Notes: a model not told the origin generated them from the sequence alone. 64,000 nucleotides of DNA from Mustelus asterias (GCF_964213995.1 NW_027590198.1:62001-126000); one strand, 5' to 3'. Positions 1 to 13,420 are shown, counted from the stretch's first letter. Program-made: numbers and translations.

Positions 1-3000
1 CGCCTTCTTAACCACCTCCTCCACCTGTGGGGCCGATTTTAGAGCCCTATGGACCCGGACCCCAAGGTCCTTCTGATCCTCTACAGTACTAAGAGTCTTT
101 CCCTTTATATTGTACTCCTTCATCCCATTTGACCTGCCAAAATGGACCACTACGCATTTATCTGGGTTGAAGTCCATCTGCCACTTCTTCGCCCAGACTT
201 GCATCCTATCTATGTCCCTCTGTAACTTCTGACATCCCTCCAGACTATCCACAACCCCACCAACCTTCGTGTCGTCGGCAAACTTACCAACCCATCCCTC
301 CATTTCCTCATCCAGGTCATTTATGAAAATGACAAACAGCAATGGTCCCAGAACAGATCCCTGGGGCACACCACTGGTGACCGATCTCCATTTAGAAAAA
401 GACCCATCAATACACACTTTCTGCCTCCTTTGGGCAAGCCAGTTCTGGATCCACAGGGCAGCAGCCCCTTGGATCCCATGCCCTCTCACTTTTTCGAGAA
501 GCCTTGCATGGGGGACCTGATCGAACGCCTTGCTAAAATCCATATAAAGCACATCTACCGCTTTCCCTTCATCACTGTGTTTAGTCACATTTTCGAAGAA
601 CTCCACCAGGCTTGTAAGGCACGATCTGCCTGTGACAAAGCCATGCTGAGTATTCTTGAGCATACTAAACCTCTCTAAATGCTCATAAATCTTGTCCCTC
701 AGGATCTTCTCCATCAGCTTACCAACCACTGAGGTTAGACTCACCGGTCGGTAATTACCTGGGCTATCCCTATTCCCCTTCTTGAAAATAGGAACCACAT
801 CCGCAATCCTCCAATCCTCCGGCACCTCTCCTGTCTCCATCGACGATGCAAAGATCATTGCCAGAGGCTCTGCAATCTCTTCCCTCGCCTCCCACAGTAA
901 CCTGGGGTACATTCCATCCGGACCCGGCGACTTATCTATCTTGATGCCATTCAACGATTCCAACCTCTTTGTTAAAGTCCACATACTCAATCTTTTCAGT
1001 CCACCGCAAGCCCACAGTACATCCACCCATGTCCTTCTCCTCTGTGAAAACCGAGGCAAAATACTCATTAAGCACCTCTGCCATTTCTACTGGTTCCGTA
1101 CTGATTTTCCCGCCTTCACCTTTTATAGGCCCTATTCCTTCACGTCTCATCCTTTTACTCTTCACATATTTATAAAACGCCTTAGGGTTTTCCTTAATTC
1201 TACTTGCCAAGGCTTTCTCGTGACCCCTTCTGGCTCTCCAAATTTCCTTCTTTAGTCCCTTCCTACAAGCCCTATACTCTTCTAAATCCCTATCTTCGCC
1301 AAGCTCTCTAAGCCTTTTATACACTTCCTTTCTTCTCGACTAGGTCCCACATAGCTTTCGTGCACCACGGTTCCTTTAACCTACCAACTCCTCCCTGCCT
1401 GCTCGGAACATTGTCCTGTAGAACCCTAGACAGACATTCCTTGAAAAACTGCCACCTCTCTTCAGTAGATTTCCCCGAGAATCCCTCCTTCCAATTTACT
1501 CCTCTAATTTGCTGCCTTATGTCTTCATATTTCCCCTTTATCACAGGAATATATTTTTGCTGAGTACTGAGAAAAATCTCCTTAAAAATCCACCACTGTT
1601 GCTCAGCTGTCCTACCAACTAGTCTACATTAGCCAATTCTGCCCTCATCCTATTGTACTCCCCTGTGTTCAAGCAGAGGACACTGGTTTGGGACCCTATT
1701 TTCTCTCCCTCCATTTGTATTAGAAATTCAACCATATTGTGATCACTCATTCCAAGATCCCTCACAAGAAGATCATTAATTTTACCTGTCTCATTACACA
1801 GGACCAGATCCAAGATGGCTTGCTCCCTCGTAGGTTCTGTAACATACTGTTCGAGGAAACTATCCCGACAGCATTCTCAGAACTCTTTCTCAAGTCCACC
1901 GTGTCCGACTTGAGTCAACCAATCAATATGCAGGTTAAAATCCCCCATGATTATTGCTGTTCCGTTTTTGCACGCACCCATTATTTGCTTGTTTATAGCC
2001 CGACCCACCTCAAAGTTATTATTTGGGGGCCTATAGACCACGCCCACCGGTGACTTTCTCCCCTTACTATTCCTTATCTCCATCCACAACGATTCCACAT
2101 TCTGCTCCTTAGAGCCTATATCGTCTGTCACTACCGCCCTGATGTTATCTTTAATTAACAGAGCTACCCCACCTCCTTTTCCTTCCTGTCTATCCTTCCG
2201 AAATGTCTGATACCCCTGGATATTCAGTTCCCAGTCCTGGTCACCCTGCAACCACGTTTCTGTAATGGCCACTAGATCATACCCATTTGTACTGATTTGT
2301 GCCATCAACTCATTCACTTTGTTTCGAATGCTACGTGCATTCAGGTAAAGTGTCTTTATGCTAGCCTTTATATGGACCCGATTTGTTAGTGCATTCTTTT
2401 GATTGCATGCTCTGTCCCTACCTGTCTCAAACTGGTTATCCTTCCCCAGACCATCTCCTTGCACTGCGTTAACCACCTCTCTTCTTGTGTTTGTCACCTT
2501 TTTTACTCTGCCTGAGCCCTTTACTCCTTTAACTAGGTGAATGTCCTCATCATTAACCTGCACTCGTACCCTCTCCTTTACCTTTGATTTTATAATTCCC
2601 CATGCCCCTGAACCCTCCCTCCCTCACCCCCCCCCCCCCCCCCCCCACCTCACTCTTCAGTTTAAAGCCCTATTTACAGCCTTGGTTATACTATTCGCCA
2701 GGACTCTGGTCCCAGCACGATTCAGACGAAGACCATCCCATCTGAACAGGTCCCATCTTCCCCAATACTGGTGCCAATATCCCATGAATTCAAACCCATT
2801 CCTCCCACACCAATCTTTGAGCCACTCATTTACCTCCTTAATCTTATTGATCCTACGCCAATTTGCTTGTGGCTCAGGTAGTAATCCAGAGATTACCACC
2901 TTGTTGGTTCTGCTTTTTAATTTGGCTCCTAGCTTTTCATACTCCCTCTGCAGAACCTCTGTTCCTGTTCTGCCTATGTCGTTGGCACCTACGTGGACCA

Positions 3001-3705
3001 CTACAACTGGATTCTTACCCTCCCACTCCAAGTTCCTCTGCAGCCCAGATGAGATATCCTGGACCCGAGCACCAGGCAGGCAACACAACCTTTGGTATTC
3101 TCGATCTTGGTCACAGAGAACAGTGTCAATATCCCTAACTACACTATCCCCAATTACCACTACATTTCTTTTTTCTTCTTCCACCTGAACGGCTCCCTGT
3201 ACCACGGTGCCGTGGGCAGTTTGCTCATCCTCCTTGCAGTCCCCGTTCCCATCCACACTGGGAGTAAGAATTTCAAACCTGTTGTACAGATTCAGGGACT
3301 GAGGCTCTTGCAACTCTACCTTCTGGATCCCACTTCCTGCCTCGCTCGCAGCCACACCCTCTTGTCCCTGACCCCCGGCTGAATTAGTTAGTCTAAAGGG
3401 TGTGACTGCCTCCTGAAACACAGCGTCCAGGTAACTCTCCCCCTCCCGATATGTCGCAGTGTCTGAAGCTCAGACTCCAGCTCATCGACCCTGAGCCGGA
3501 GTACCTCAAGCAACCAACACTTACTGCAGACATGCTCACTGGGAACCACAGTGGGGTCCACCAGCTCCCACATCATGCAGAAACAACACATTATTTCCCA
3601 AGAGGAAGTAAAGTTTTGCCCCCTCTCGTCGGGAATGAGAAATTCCTCCTGAATACACTCAACAAATTTCGCTCCATCCAACCGTCTAATACAATGGCTG
3701 TCCCA
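1..3705 (-). mobile_element. Composite CR1-clade LINE (ORF1 with Cys motif and SGNH esterase; ORF2 AP-endonuclease/RT), degenerate, runs off the left edge
   Basis: ORF 2657-3421 has SGNH motifs (VVVIGDS, CLPGA, VVVHVGANDI). ORF 1877-2563 has endonuclease motifs (YLNARSIRNK, AITETWL, GGGVA, YRPP, MGDFN). ORFs 932-1544 (KENPKAFYKYVKSKR) lead towards RT. Frameshifts and junctions near 950, 1540 and 3600. Confidence 0.93.
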
Positions 3706-3709
3706 GTCA

Positions 3710-3772
3710 ACCTCTCACACAGTTTCACCTCAAATGCCCAAAGCGAAAATCATGCCCCTAGACCAACGAGTC
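3710..3772 (-). pseudogene. tRNA-Pro(TGG) pseudogene with ~17-nt intron, 3'-truncated
   Basis: Minus strand GACTCGTTGGTCTAGGGGCATGATTTTCGCTTTGGG-[catttgaggtgaaactg]-TGTGAGAGGT matches the vertebrate tRNA-Pro 5' half. T-arm and 3' acceptor strand are lost at the CR1 junction. Confidence 0.8.
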
Positions 3773-4033
3773 TACGCAACCGGCGCTTTCACCGAAATAT
3801 AACTGGTTTGCTTGTATCCAAAGCAGCTCAGAAATCCTTGGTAAAGGCCCGAAATTGTTGAACAAACGCAGCATGTTAGTATTTTGCTAACTCGACTGTT
3901 TGGAACTGGGCGCTGTCGTGTATAAAATACAGATGTTACCCGCTACACTACACAAAGAATGTCGAGTGCCAAACTGAATGAACGTGAATATTTTCTTATG
4001 AGTCCACCTCCTCCAAAGACAACCTTTTTCCAG

Positions 4034-4116
4034 ATATGGGTCACTGAGATTCTGTCACTCGGCCGCTGTCCTCAGCAGTAAAGACAGAAGGAGAAGCGGT
4101 GACTTTACAATATTAA
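4034..4116 (+). pseudogene. Truncated TCR V-delta-like exon fragment (FR1 only)
   Basis: Acceptor tttttccag, then DMGH*DSVTRPLSSAVKTEGEAVTLQY*. Clear paralog of the exon at 10222 (GLSHGDSVTQSLSSDVKTEGDAVTLNC). Confidence 0.8.
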
Positions 4117-4299
4117 ATTATACAATTATATAAATCGCGGCATATATTAAATTTATAATATTAAATTTTACTCTCTGAAAAGAGGAAAATTCTAAACATA
4201 TCAACTGAGTCGCCTTTGTACCTTCTTGTTTGTAAGCAAAATAAACCAAATTAGTCTGTTGATCCCTGGCACTATTCTGATTTATAACCATAAGCCTTT

Positions 4300-4615
4300 A
4301 AGACGATAAGATATAGGAATAGCATTAGACCATTCGACCCATCAAGTCTGCTCCGCCATTCAATTGTGGCTGCTCAGTTTCTCATCCCCATTCTCCCGCC
4401 TTTTCCCGGAAACTTTGATCCCCTTACAAATCAAAAACATATCTACTCAATGACCTGACCTCCACACCCTTCTGTGGCAATGAATTCCATCGATTCACCA
4501 CCCACTGGCTGAAGAAATTCCTCCTCATCTCTACTTTAAAGGATCGTCCCTTTACTCTGAGGCTGTGCCCTTGGATCCTCGTCTCTCTGACTTACACGGA
4601 AATATCTCCCCCAGC
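4300..4615 (-). mobile_element. CR1 LINE 3' tail fragment
   Basis: Similar to the CR1 3' end at 33195-33500. Confidence 0.7.
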
Positions 4616-5134
4616 ACCGCACTTTTCCCAAAGTCTTGGTATGCTCTGGACTTCGGTGTACCCGGGATTTGAACAGAGAATTCCAGGAATGATGCCCGCA
4701 TCATTTTACGATGTAAGTAGGAAACGTAACAAGGACTTTCTACAGAGCACCAATTCGGATTCCTGGGCAGCATTTGGGCCTTGGTATGTGTTGGAGTAAA
4801 CCCTAAATCGACTCAACAGCCAAATGCGAACTTGCATTAAACAACATTTGTCAGCAAAGGGCGCCAATCTCGAGCCCGGTTTTGGAGTGGGGAGGGATGT
4901 TGGGGGGAGGGGCGGTGCTACAATCTCACGTGACATTATCACTGGAGCCTGTATGGATGGTAGGCGACTGAGGTCACAATAGACTCCACTTCCCCTCCCC
5001 TCAATTACACCCACACAGACAAACTGACTCACACTCACTCACACTGCAATCAACGGAGCAGAGTCTGGGTTCCCGCTCTCTTTCTCACTCTCTGACTCCT
5101 CCATTCTCATTCACTGAAATAAATTCACTCGGAC

Positions 5135-5622
5135 ATGTTTCTGATCATTCTGGCGGCGCTCTTGCACAGTAAGTACCGGATAACGTTCATCAAACCACGG
5201 AAACATATTTATACACAAAGATGCCAATTTAATTAACCATCAAAAATATCCATGTGACGTGTAGATGGGAGGTTCCACAAACTATAAATTTACATGAACT
5301 CTTGATTTTTAATTCCTCTACCTTTACAGATGGACTGTGCGCAGATCCAGTAACTCAGTCACCGGTGACAATAACAGCATCAGAAGGGGATTCGGTGCAG
5401 TTGGATTGTAACTATACAGACAAGGATATGAGCGACATGCAATGGTATCAGCAGAAACCGGCACAGCCACCGAGATGGATTATTACCAATGCATTAGTAG
5501 TGGAGGAAAATGAAGTTTCAGGACGATATCTGGCGGCTACTGACAAGTCCACACAGAGCGGCTCCCTCAATATAAGCGCCCTCAGTTTGGAGGACGGGGC
5601 GATCTATTACTGTGCAGTGAGG
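5135..5622 (+). CDS. TCR V segment (V-alpha-like), apparently functional; exons 5135-5168 and 5330-5622
   Basis: Leader MFLIILAALLH with GT donor at 5169 and AG acceptor at 5328-5329. V exon NGLCADPVTQSP...LDCNY...WYQQKP...DGAIYYCAVR has canonical Cys/Trp/Cys and is followed by an RSS. Confidence 0.93.
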
Positions 5623-5660
5623 CACAGCGTTAGATTACAGCTAAACCCCGTACAAAAACC
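5623..5660 (+). other. V recombination signal sequence (22-bp spacer)
   Basis: CACAGCG + 22 nt + ACAAAAACC. Confidence 0.92.
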
Positions 5661-6059
5661 TCAGCGCGTATTTACAACTCCATGAAGATGTTTTGATCAC
5701 GTGTTCACGAAGGCGGCGATTCTATTTACCAGACAATTTGACCTTGTTCAAATCATCATAGAAGCACTTTGGTAAATCTCGAGACTAAACCCCATGCCGC
5801 GATTTATATAGTAAGCAGATACCAGGAGTATCGAGCTATCAGTTGAAGGATGCGCTCAGAAGTGGAGGCAATAGAGCAGAAAATTACCGGCTGTTCATCC
5901 AGAATTGTTAACTCAGATGAGCCCACGGACACCGACTCCTCGGCATTCGTCCGATAACTCAATGCAGAATGGATCAAAGTCTGCTGAAGTTCATAACAAA
6001 TGAGATGTAGAATAACCTCCACACAGATTCACTTAGCAACACAACTATTATTATAAATC

Positions 6060-6715
6060 CGGGACACAGAGACTCACCTCGCAGCACGAAGATAGTCTAT
6101 TCCCACAGCTGACATTGGTGTATTGTGTGGTGGTGAACTGCCTTCTTGTGGTCCCTGATGTGCAGGTACACACACTGTGCTGTTAGTGAGGGAGTTCCAG
6201 TGATTTGACCCAGTGACCGTGAAGGAACAACGATATATTTCCATGTAGGGATGTAGAATAACTTGGAAGGGAACCTCGAGGTTGTGGTGTTCCCATGTGC
6301 CCGCTGCCCTTCTTCTCCTAGATGGCAGTGCTCGTGTGTTTGGATTGTGCTGCCCAAAAAAAAACCTTGGTGAGTTGCTGCAGTGTATCCTGCAGATGGT
6401 GCACACGGCTGTCACTGTTCGTCTGTGGTGGCAGGAATGAATGTTCATGCAATGGGTAGCAATCAAGCCGGCTGATTTGTCCTGCATTCTGTCGAGCCTC
6501 TTGAGTGTGGTTGCAGCTACACTCATCCAAGCAAGTAGAGGGTATTCCATCTCACTCCTGACTTGTACCTTGTAGATGGTGGACAGGCTTTGGGGAGTCA
6601 GGAGGTGAGTTACTCGCCGCAGGATTCCTAACCTTTGATCAGCTCTGGTAGCCACTGTATTTATATTCCTGGGTCCAGTTTTCTGTCAACTCCCAGGATG
6701 TTGATGGGGTGGGGG
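6060..6715 (-). mobile_element. Non-LTR retrotransposon (CR1/L2-group) ORF2 C-terminal fragment and 3' tail
   Basis: ORF 6074-6655 (QRLGILRRVTHLLTPQSLSTIYKVQVRSEMEY) is a post-RT LINE region. Related fragments at ~22060-22350 and ~42720-43190. Confidence 0.8.
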
Positions 6716-7385
6716 TTTAATGTCTATTAAGTCCCATCTTATGTGTACCCATATACAGATGGGTACACATAAGATGGTTGCCTGGCACGCAAACAGTCAC
6801 CCGGGAAAGAGACATTAAAGTCAAATCGGTTCTATAGTGTCGTCCCTCTATTCTGGGGTTGTGTGCCGTGTAAACCCTTTCAGTATTCCTGATGGCAGGT
6901 GATGGGAACGGAACAGATGCCTGGTCAACAATACTGCAGAGGTCAATGGCAATCCGCTGGAATAATTTGAAATAAACAGTCACAGAATGATAAGGACATT
7001 CATGGTCACCAATGCCCTCTTAGGGCATGGTAACTGGAAGAGCAGGAGGTGGATGGCACAAGAGGCCTAGAGAGTGGACTCTATAATTCATTGCATTCCA
7101 ATGTCTCTGGGCAGACTGGGCAGCAATGTTTGCACAACGTTTCTCATCAATAAACAAATCTGCTTAAAAATAACGGCGTCCACAGTTCCTTATCTGTTAA
7201 CCAACAAAACCACAATCCTACACTAGAAGTTAATGCATATACTTTACATTGTGATTATATTAATCCGTCAAGCCTGCTTCGACAGCACCTTGCGAACCCG
7301 GAATCTCTTCCATCTAGAAGGATAAGAGGAACAGCTGCATGAGAACACCCCTTCAAGCCGCACACCATCCTCATTTTGAACCATA

Positions 7386-7720
7386 TCATAGAATCATCGA
7401 AACACTACAGTGCAGAAAGAGAACAGTTGGCCCATCGAGTCTGCACCGACCACAATCGCACCAAAGCCCAACCCCATTTCCCTGCTAATTTTACCCGCTA
7501 ATCCCTCTAACCTACGCATCTCAGGACACTAAGGGGCAAAGTTAGCATAGCCAATCAACCTAACCCGCACATCTTTGGACTGTGGGAGGAAACCGGAGCA
7601 CCCGGAGGAAACCCACGCAGACACGAGGAGAATGTGCAAACTCCACACAGACAGTGACCCAAGCTGGGAATCGAACCCAGGTCCCTGGAGCTGTGAAGCA
7701 GCAGTGCTAACCACTGTGCT
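7386..7720 (-). mobile_element. HE1-like V-SINE
   Basis: tRNA-like head (cagtggttagcactgctg...gggttcgattccc), V-domain core (tgtgtggagtttgcacattctcc...gtttcctcccacagtccaaagatgtgc) and CR1-like tail. Confidence 0.88.
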
Positions 7721-8052
7721 CTACGTAACGCCGCTCCCTTGCGTCAAAATCCTGGAATTGGTTTTCGGTTTAAGATTACGGGCAGAGGACAACAAATCAG
7801 AAAAGTATGAAAGGAGAATTGAAGGAAAGTGAGACATTACGAGTGCGAAATACAAAGCCAAAAGCTGTGAGAAAGACAGAAAGGAAGAGATTCAGAAATG
7901 ACCCTGAATGCATTGTGCTTTCAAGTTACTCATATTTCACTCACGTCTATTTATATAGTTGCATTGTTTGAAAACACGTCCCTCAGTAAAAGCCCGCTGG
8001 AGACGGCCCATCGACAACCTTGCACTTGCGGACAGCGTCACTTAACCTGAGT

Positions 8053-8071
8053 CACCGCCAGAGGGCGCAGT
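8053..8071 (+). promoter_or_regulatory. CTCF-like motif
   Basis: CACCGCCAGAGGGCGCAGT fits the CCRSYAGRKGGCRS consensus. Confidence 0.55.
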
Positions 8072-8202
8072 CGTCACATATTTCTCCCAACTTGACATGA
8101 TGGCGGCAAAACCTCTGGCACCATTCGCATATCGCTGCTATTGGCAGTAACCACGCAGTCCCATTTTTCTGCTCTCACCTCATGTATCCTGTATTAGTAA
8201 AT

Positions 8203-8496
8203 GGGCGACACGGTGGCACAATGGCTGGCACTCCTGCCTCATAGCAAAGGGGGCCCAGGTTCAATTCCGGCCTTGGGTAACTGTCTGTTTGGGGTTTTCA
8301 CCTTCCCCCGTCTCTGCGTGCGTTTCCTCCCACAGTCCAAAAATGTGCAGGTTAGGTGGAATAGTCATGTCCCTTAGTGTTAGGGGGATTAGGAGATTAA
8401 CACGTGGGGTTACGGGGATAGGGCCTTGGTGTGACTGTTGTCAGTGCAAGCTTAATGGGCTGAATGGCCTCCTTCGGCACTGTAGGGATTCTATGA
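8203..8496 (+). mobile_element. HE1-like V-SINE
   Basis: Same head, core and tail as 7386-7720, in the opposite orientation. Confidence 0.85.
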
Positions 8497-10069
8497 AGAG
8501 ATTTCTGTTGATTTACTTGTTTGGCACTGGTTGTATCAGAAATGCGGGTGGATCTATGAGCGTTGTGGGGGCGTGAATCTGTGTTTCCACTCCAGGAGAA
8601 TATTTCCTGAGCTGCAACGTTACTGATTCGGGAGAAGGACCTCTGCTCGTCAATATATCACTTTTTCACTTAGCGTTTCCTTCCCAATTAAAAGTAAAGA
8701 ATATGCTGTTCTCCTGACTGCTGTAATTTAGGTATTACTATTAATCAAATGATGACTACTCTTTTTAAAGAAAAATATTTATTGGGTGTCGGTCACAAGT
8801 CCAAGATTTTGTCGATCACTAATTGTCCTCGAAACGGGCTGGGCTATTTGAGAGTTAGTTATGTGACTACAGTTGTTCTGTAGTCACACACAGATCAGGC
8901 TAGGCTAGGAAGGCAGATTTCCTTCCACAAAGTGCATTAGTGAACCAGGTGGATTTGCAGTGATAGCGTTCGGAACGATCATTGCGAGTAGCTTTCAATA
9001 TCAATTAATCACATTTAAATTTAACCAGCTGCTGGGGTAGAATTTTGACTACTTTTCTCGTAAATCGAATTTAAATGTAACCAGTTGATATGATGGGATT
9101 GAACTACTTTTCCCAGAGCATCATTCTGGGTCCGTGAATTACTTTTCCAGTGACCCCATGTTGACAATGATTAAGTTAAAAAAGCGGAAGTTCTTGAAGT
9201 TGACACTTCCCAGTATATTATATGAGATGGGGCCACAACTACCAAGTGCATCTTGTTGTCCCTGAGTGGACCTTTGAAGAAAAGGCAATGTCATAATTAG
9301 CTGCACTATAACCATTTGATATCCTAATCCTGCTGATTTCAGGCACGGTCAAGTTTCAGTACAACATCCACAGTACACTTTTTACATTATCTCAGGAACA
9401 ATAAACAGGCAACTAGAGCTCACTGATCGACTTCCCTGTTCCTTTAGTAAAACAACGAAGATTGCAAAGTATCTCACAGCCCATCCGCTGATATCTGAAC
9501 ATTCGAACACAAAAATTAGGCTGCCTGCAAATCTGCTCTACCATTCAGTCAGATTACAGTTCATCTGATCTTCTGTTTAAATCCACTTTGCTGCCTTGAT
9601 CTTCTTGAACCGTGGCATAAATTTTAGTTAAAATGTTGGTTTCACTCAGCTTTAAAATTATTCTGTGGCCCTCAGCCTCCACCGTTCTCTGGACTCTCAC
9701 TGGAGTCTCAGGCACTAATGCTCGGATGCGAAAGCTAAGAAAATGTGCACAGAACATTGATTGGAAATCCACCAAATCAATCAACACTCCTTGCTCCTCC
9801 GTTCCAATAACAAAATGAAGTTTTTTTTTCTTGACATCCCGTTTCCAAAGCGGAACAATTCGCCCAACAGGGACACCGAATGGAGGACAAGTTGGAGAGC
9901 TTCCATTCACTAACAGTCATCTGAGCAATTATCAATCTCACGGAGCCACTGGCGAGACACGGAACTGACGCGTGAGCATTCTGAGACTCGTCATCAGATT
10001 AATAAGGGTGGGGATTAGAATGGGTGTCTTCAAATATCCGATTCCTCCTTTACAGAGCGGACAGAGACA

Positions 10070-10528
10070 ATGCGGGTACTCGGCATCTGGATTGTGTGGG
10101 GGGCATTTCTAACAGGTATATCTGGACATCACGTTTGTTTTCTCATTTCCAAAACTTGGGTTGAATCTTACTGTTGAGTACACGTCACTCTATTCTTTAT
10201 CTATTTGAACATATTTTCCAGGTCTGAGCCATGGAGATTCTGTCACTCAGTCGCTGTCCTCAGATGTTAAGACAGAAGGAGACGCGGTGACATTAAACTG
10301 CAACTATGATACTGCAGAAACCTACTATTATTTATACTGGTACCGACAGCATCCAGACTCCCAGCCCGAGTACATACTGTGGAAGTACTCTAGGGGTAAT
10401 GAAGATAAAGTAGATTTTGCTAAAATCCGTTTCTCGACTGACCTCCAAACCCCGAAGAAATCCATCAGTTTGACTATCTCGGATCTGCAGTTGTCTGACG
10501 CGGCCGTGTATTACTGCGCTTTCAGACT
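10070..10528 (+). CDS. TCR V segment (V-delta-like), apparently functional; exons 10070-10115 and 10222-10528
   Basis: Leader MRVLGIWIVWGAFLT with a phase-1 GT-AG intron. V exon GLSHGDSVTQ...LNCNYDT...YWYRQHP...DAAVYYCAFR, followed by a near-consensus RSS. Confidence 0.94.
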
Positions 10529-10567
10529 CACAGTGATGGAAAGCAGCCTGACTCCTGTACAAAAACT
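10529..10567 (+). other. V 23-RSS
   Basis: CACAGTG + 23 nt + ACAAAAACT. Confidence 0.95.
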
Positions 10568-11720
10568 GTCTCAGCAGGATAAGTCAGAGCTCCTCGCTGC
10601 TGTATAGAACTTCTGGCAGATGCAGCCACAATGAGCAGCGGCGCTGTCAGCCGCTCAAACACAAACCGACAGGAAACCATATTCACCTCGGATCAACTGT
10701 CACCGAACTGTTTCCAGGAGAGGCCGAGAAAACAAACTGCAGAACCGTTTTAGGCCGACAAGTCCATCACATAATGAATGTGTCAATTAAATCGTCCCTT
10801 CTGCTGCTAATCAACTCTGTATTCCTCTAAAATCAGACCTGGGTGATAAAATCCCAAACATCCGTCAAACCTGGCCGTGAAGCGCCACACACACAGCAGA
10901 CGGACAGTTCTCCATGTTTGTGTGACGTCCTCTGATCCCGAAGTCCCTATTTGTCCTTTCCTTATTTTTCCATGCCTGCTTACCATATTGAACACCACTC
11001 GCTCCATCTCCCTTTTCAGTTTCTGGGCCTTTGAGGGTGAGCTGTTCATAGCGTTTATTTGATCACTATTGCTACATTCCAGACAGCTTGCACACCCTGA
11101 ACACATTTCATAATGTTGTGACTTTGATTTCTCAAACAAATCCGAGCAGCCAATTTCCACATCTCCCTGACTGTCTTCACCTGATACCAGGGTAGCATTA
11201 AACTTCTTATCATATCTGGCTTGTTCAACTGTTTGTCGCTGCTCCTTGATTCTGTAAATCAGATGAATATTTGAATACTGTTTGGGAAACATTGTGAAAT
11301 TCAATTGAATGATCAAAGTCAATGAGTTCTGAAATCTGTTCATTTTTCATAAACTGTTTCTTACGCAACAGCACAGTCTGATCAAAAAAACCAGAGAACT
11401 GGTCTTGGGCCAAAGGCTCCAGAAATCTATAAGGGGAGATGAGGAAGAGTTGTTTAATGTTACAGAGAGGCACGGAAACAGCTTCAAAACACTAAGTGAA
11501 CGAAATAGATCAAATAGATTTATAAAGGCGAGTTTAATTATGAACGCGAGTTAAAACCAACTAATACAATTCCGAACGTGTCCTTCACCTCTTCTTATGG
11601 GGGATTATATTTTGTTCTTTTCGGAAGATTCCTGTGACTCTCACTGAGTTTAATTCTTGTCCCTATTTATTGGTGTGACAGCGCCATCCTCTGGCCACCA
11701 ACTGGAACTCCAATTCTGGG

Positions 11721-12163
11721 GAGTTTCGTCTACTGGATCCGCTCCATGTATCTATGTGTCTCCATCGCACGGAAATACACGGCACTATTCGACAGAAGAT
11801 ATAAAGGAACTGTTTTGTTTCCCTTCAGCAAATCTGCAGAGAACCTCGGTTTGGGGACCTTTCTTCACCCCCTAAGCTACATTTCTTCAGCAAATATCGC
11901 GGAGCTTCCCCGGAAGACTGCATGTACCAGAGGAGAGTGGGGGTTGTGTAGATTATCAAGTAACGGCAGTCCAGTCCACACTGTCCTTCCCCAATTGTCA
12001 ATTCGAAATGAGCCTGGAACACTGAAGTTTTGCCACTCATTCATGTCACACAAATACAGATTAGCTCAAAAGTCAGGGTTTAAAAATAACCACTGGATGA
12101 CATGGTTACCATTTAATAATGGACCCGCCGGGCAGCAAGATCATTATAATCAGTAAGGAGCAT
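11721..12163 (-). pseudogene. TCR V pseudogene (inverted relative to neighbours)
   Basis: Frameshifted leader 12163-12110 (LLIIMILLPGG) with gtaacc donor; acceptor lost. Exon reads SGKTSVFQ...LDCRY...LLWYMQSSGEAPRYLL / PRFSADLLKGNKTVPL...SAVYFRAM (second Cys to Arg). RSS CACATAG-22-ACGAAACTC. Confidence 0.85.
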
Positions 12164-12571
12164 GGAGAACACATGGTTTCCGGGTATACATCTCGATACG
12201 AAGTAACAAAATGCTCTAATTCTGCCGATAATTCCAATCCAGTGTAAAGGGTAGCCCCTGTTATAATCTGGTTTTATTTTTTGAGGAACTGAGGGGCATT
12301 TCCCAGAGACAGGATTGGCTACTCTGCCGGAACTGATGGATATTCCCCGCCAATAAATGAGAGCTGTGAAGAATCGCATTTTCTGGTTCCTTCTGTGTCT
12401 TATACGACTTTCCTCATAACTCTGTCTCATTGCTTCCGTCTCTCTGTTATACCAACCTCTCATTTTTTGTAAACCTCCTTATCGCTATCAAATGACTGGA
12501 AATTAATTCAAATAATTCAAAGGGTGACAACAGAGTTTGACAAACTCGACAAACAAAGCTACCCGAAACCA

Positions 12572-12584
12572 CCAGCAGGTGGCG
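12572..12584 (+). promoter_or_regulatory. CTCF-like motif
   Basis: CCAGCAGGTGGCG core match. Confidence 0.5.
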
Positions 12585-13097
12585 TGACTTACCGTCGTTG
12601 CGGAGTTTTCACATTGCTACCTGACAATCAATGTGCCCTTTGTATTTGTCTCATTTAATGAATCCGTCATTAGTAGAGACCATGAGACTGGCGGTGTAAA
12701 TAAGAAGTAGAAAGCTAAAGTTAGCGACATACATTTAAAGTCACGTGTGTTCTCTGCTCTTGGATTGGTTGGAAATGGATAATGTTCACCGGATTTAAGC
12801 AGTCATCCTTCCTTGTTGATCAGCCCCACTACTCGCCATCAGCAATTGCTGAAGCGATTCATTCCGCTGCTGTCTGCACCCGGGCAAAGACGGTGAAGGC
12901 AAAAGTAGCGGAGCAGACCACGGCTGCATTTCGCGTTTTATCGACAGTCATCCAATGGAGCAGCACCACCTTATCCTCACTGCTCACTTCCGCACAGCGA
13001 AGTGTGTAAACCACCAAGGGAATCCTGTAAATCCATAACATTTGCAGATCGTGCGATGGGCCATTCACCCCATCGTGCGTGCTTGGCTGTCATTAAG

Positions 13098-13420
13098 TGG
13101 TACAGTGGTGTCACAGTGGTTAGCACTGCTGCCTCATAATTCCAGGAATCCGGGTTCAGTTCCAGGCTACGTGGAGTTTGCAGATGTTCCCAGTGTCTGT
13201 GTGGGGTGCCCCTTTTCCTCCGACAGTTCAATGATGTGCAGGTTAGATGCATTTAGCATGCCAACTTGTCAAAAATTTGTGGGTTGGAATTAATAGCCAC
13301 GATAAATCTGTGGGGTTACGGTGATGGAGCAGGGGAGAGGACCGGGAAAATATATTCTGTCGGAGAGTCACTGCAGACTCGAAGGATCTGATGGCCTCCT
13401 TTTGCAATGTATGGATTCTA
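13098..13420 (+). mobile_element. Degenerate HE1-like V-SINE
   Basis: cagtggttagcactgctgcctca head, tggagtttgca core, gatggcctcc tail. Confidence 0.75.

Noticed and set aside
2627-2646. Poly-C tract
   Set aside because: Homopolymer within CR1; length unreliable and no further evidence of function.
269-3861. Many + strand ORFs (e.g. 782-1255, 2541-3188)
   Set aside because: Antisense shadows of CR1 ORF1/ORF2.
7529-7832. Short ORFs within HE1-like SINEs (also 8289, 52745-53248, 61683-61929)
   Set aside because: Incidental frames in SINE sequence.
10807-11343. 178-aa minus-strand ORF with CxxCxxC
   Set aside because: No recognisable domain, splice context or repeat homology; cannot be supported without a search.
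12830-13030. GC-richer exon-like stretch on the minus strand
   Set aside because: No Ig motifs, RSS or identifiable protein.
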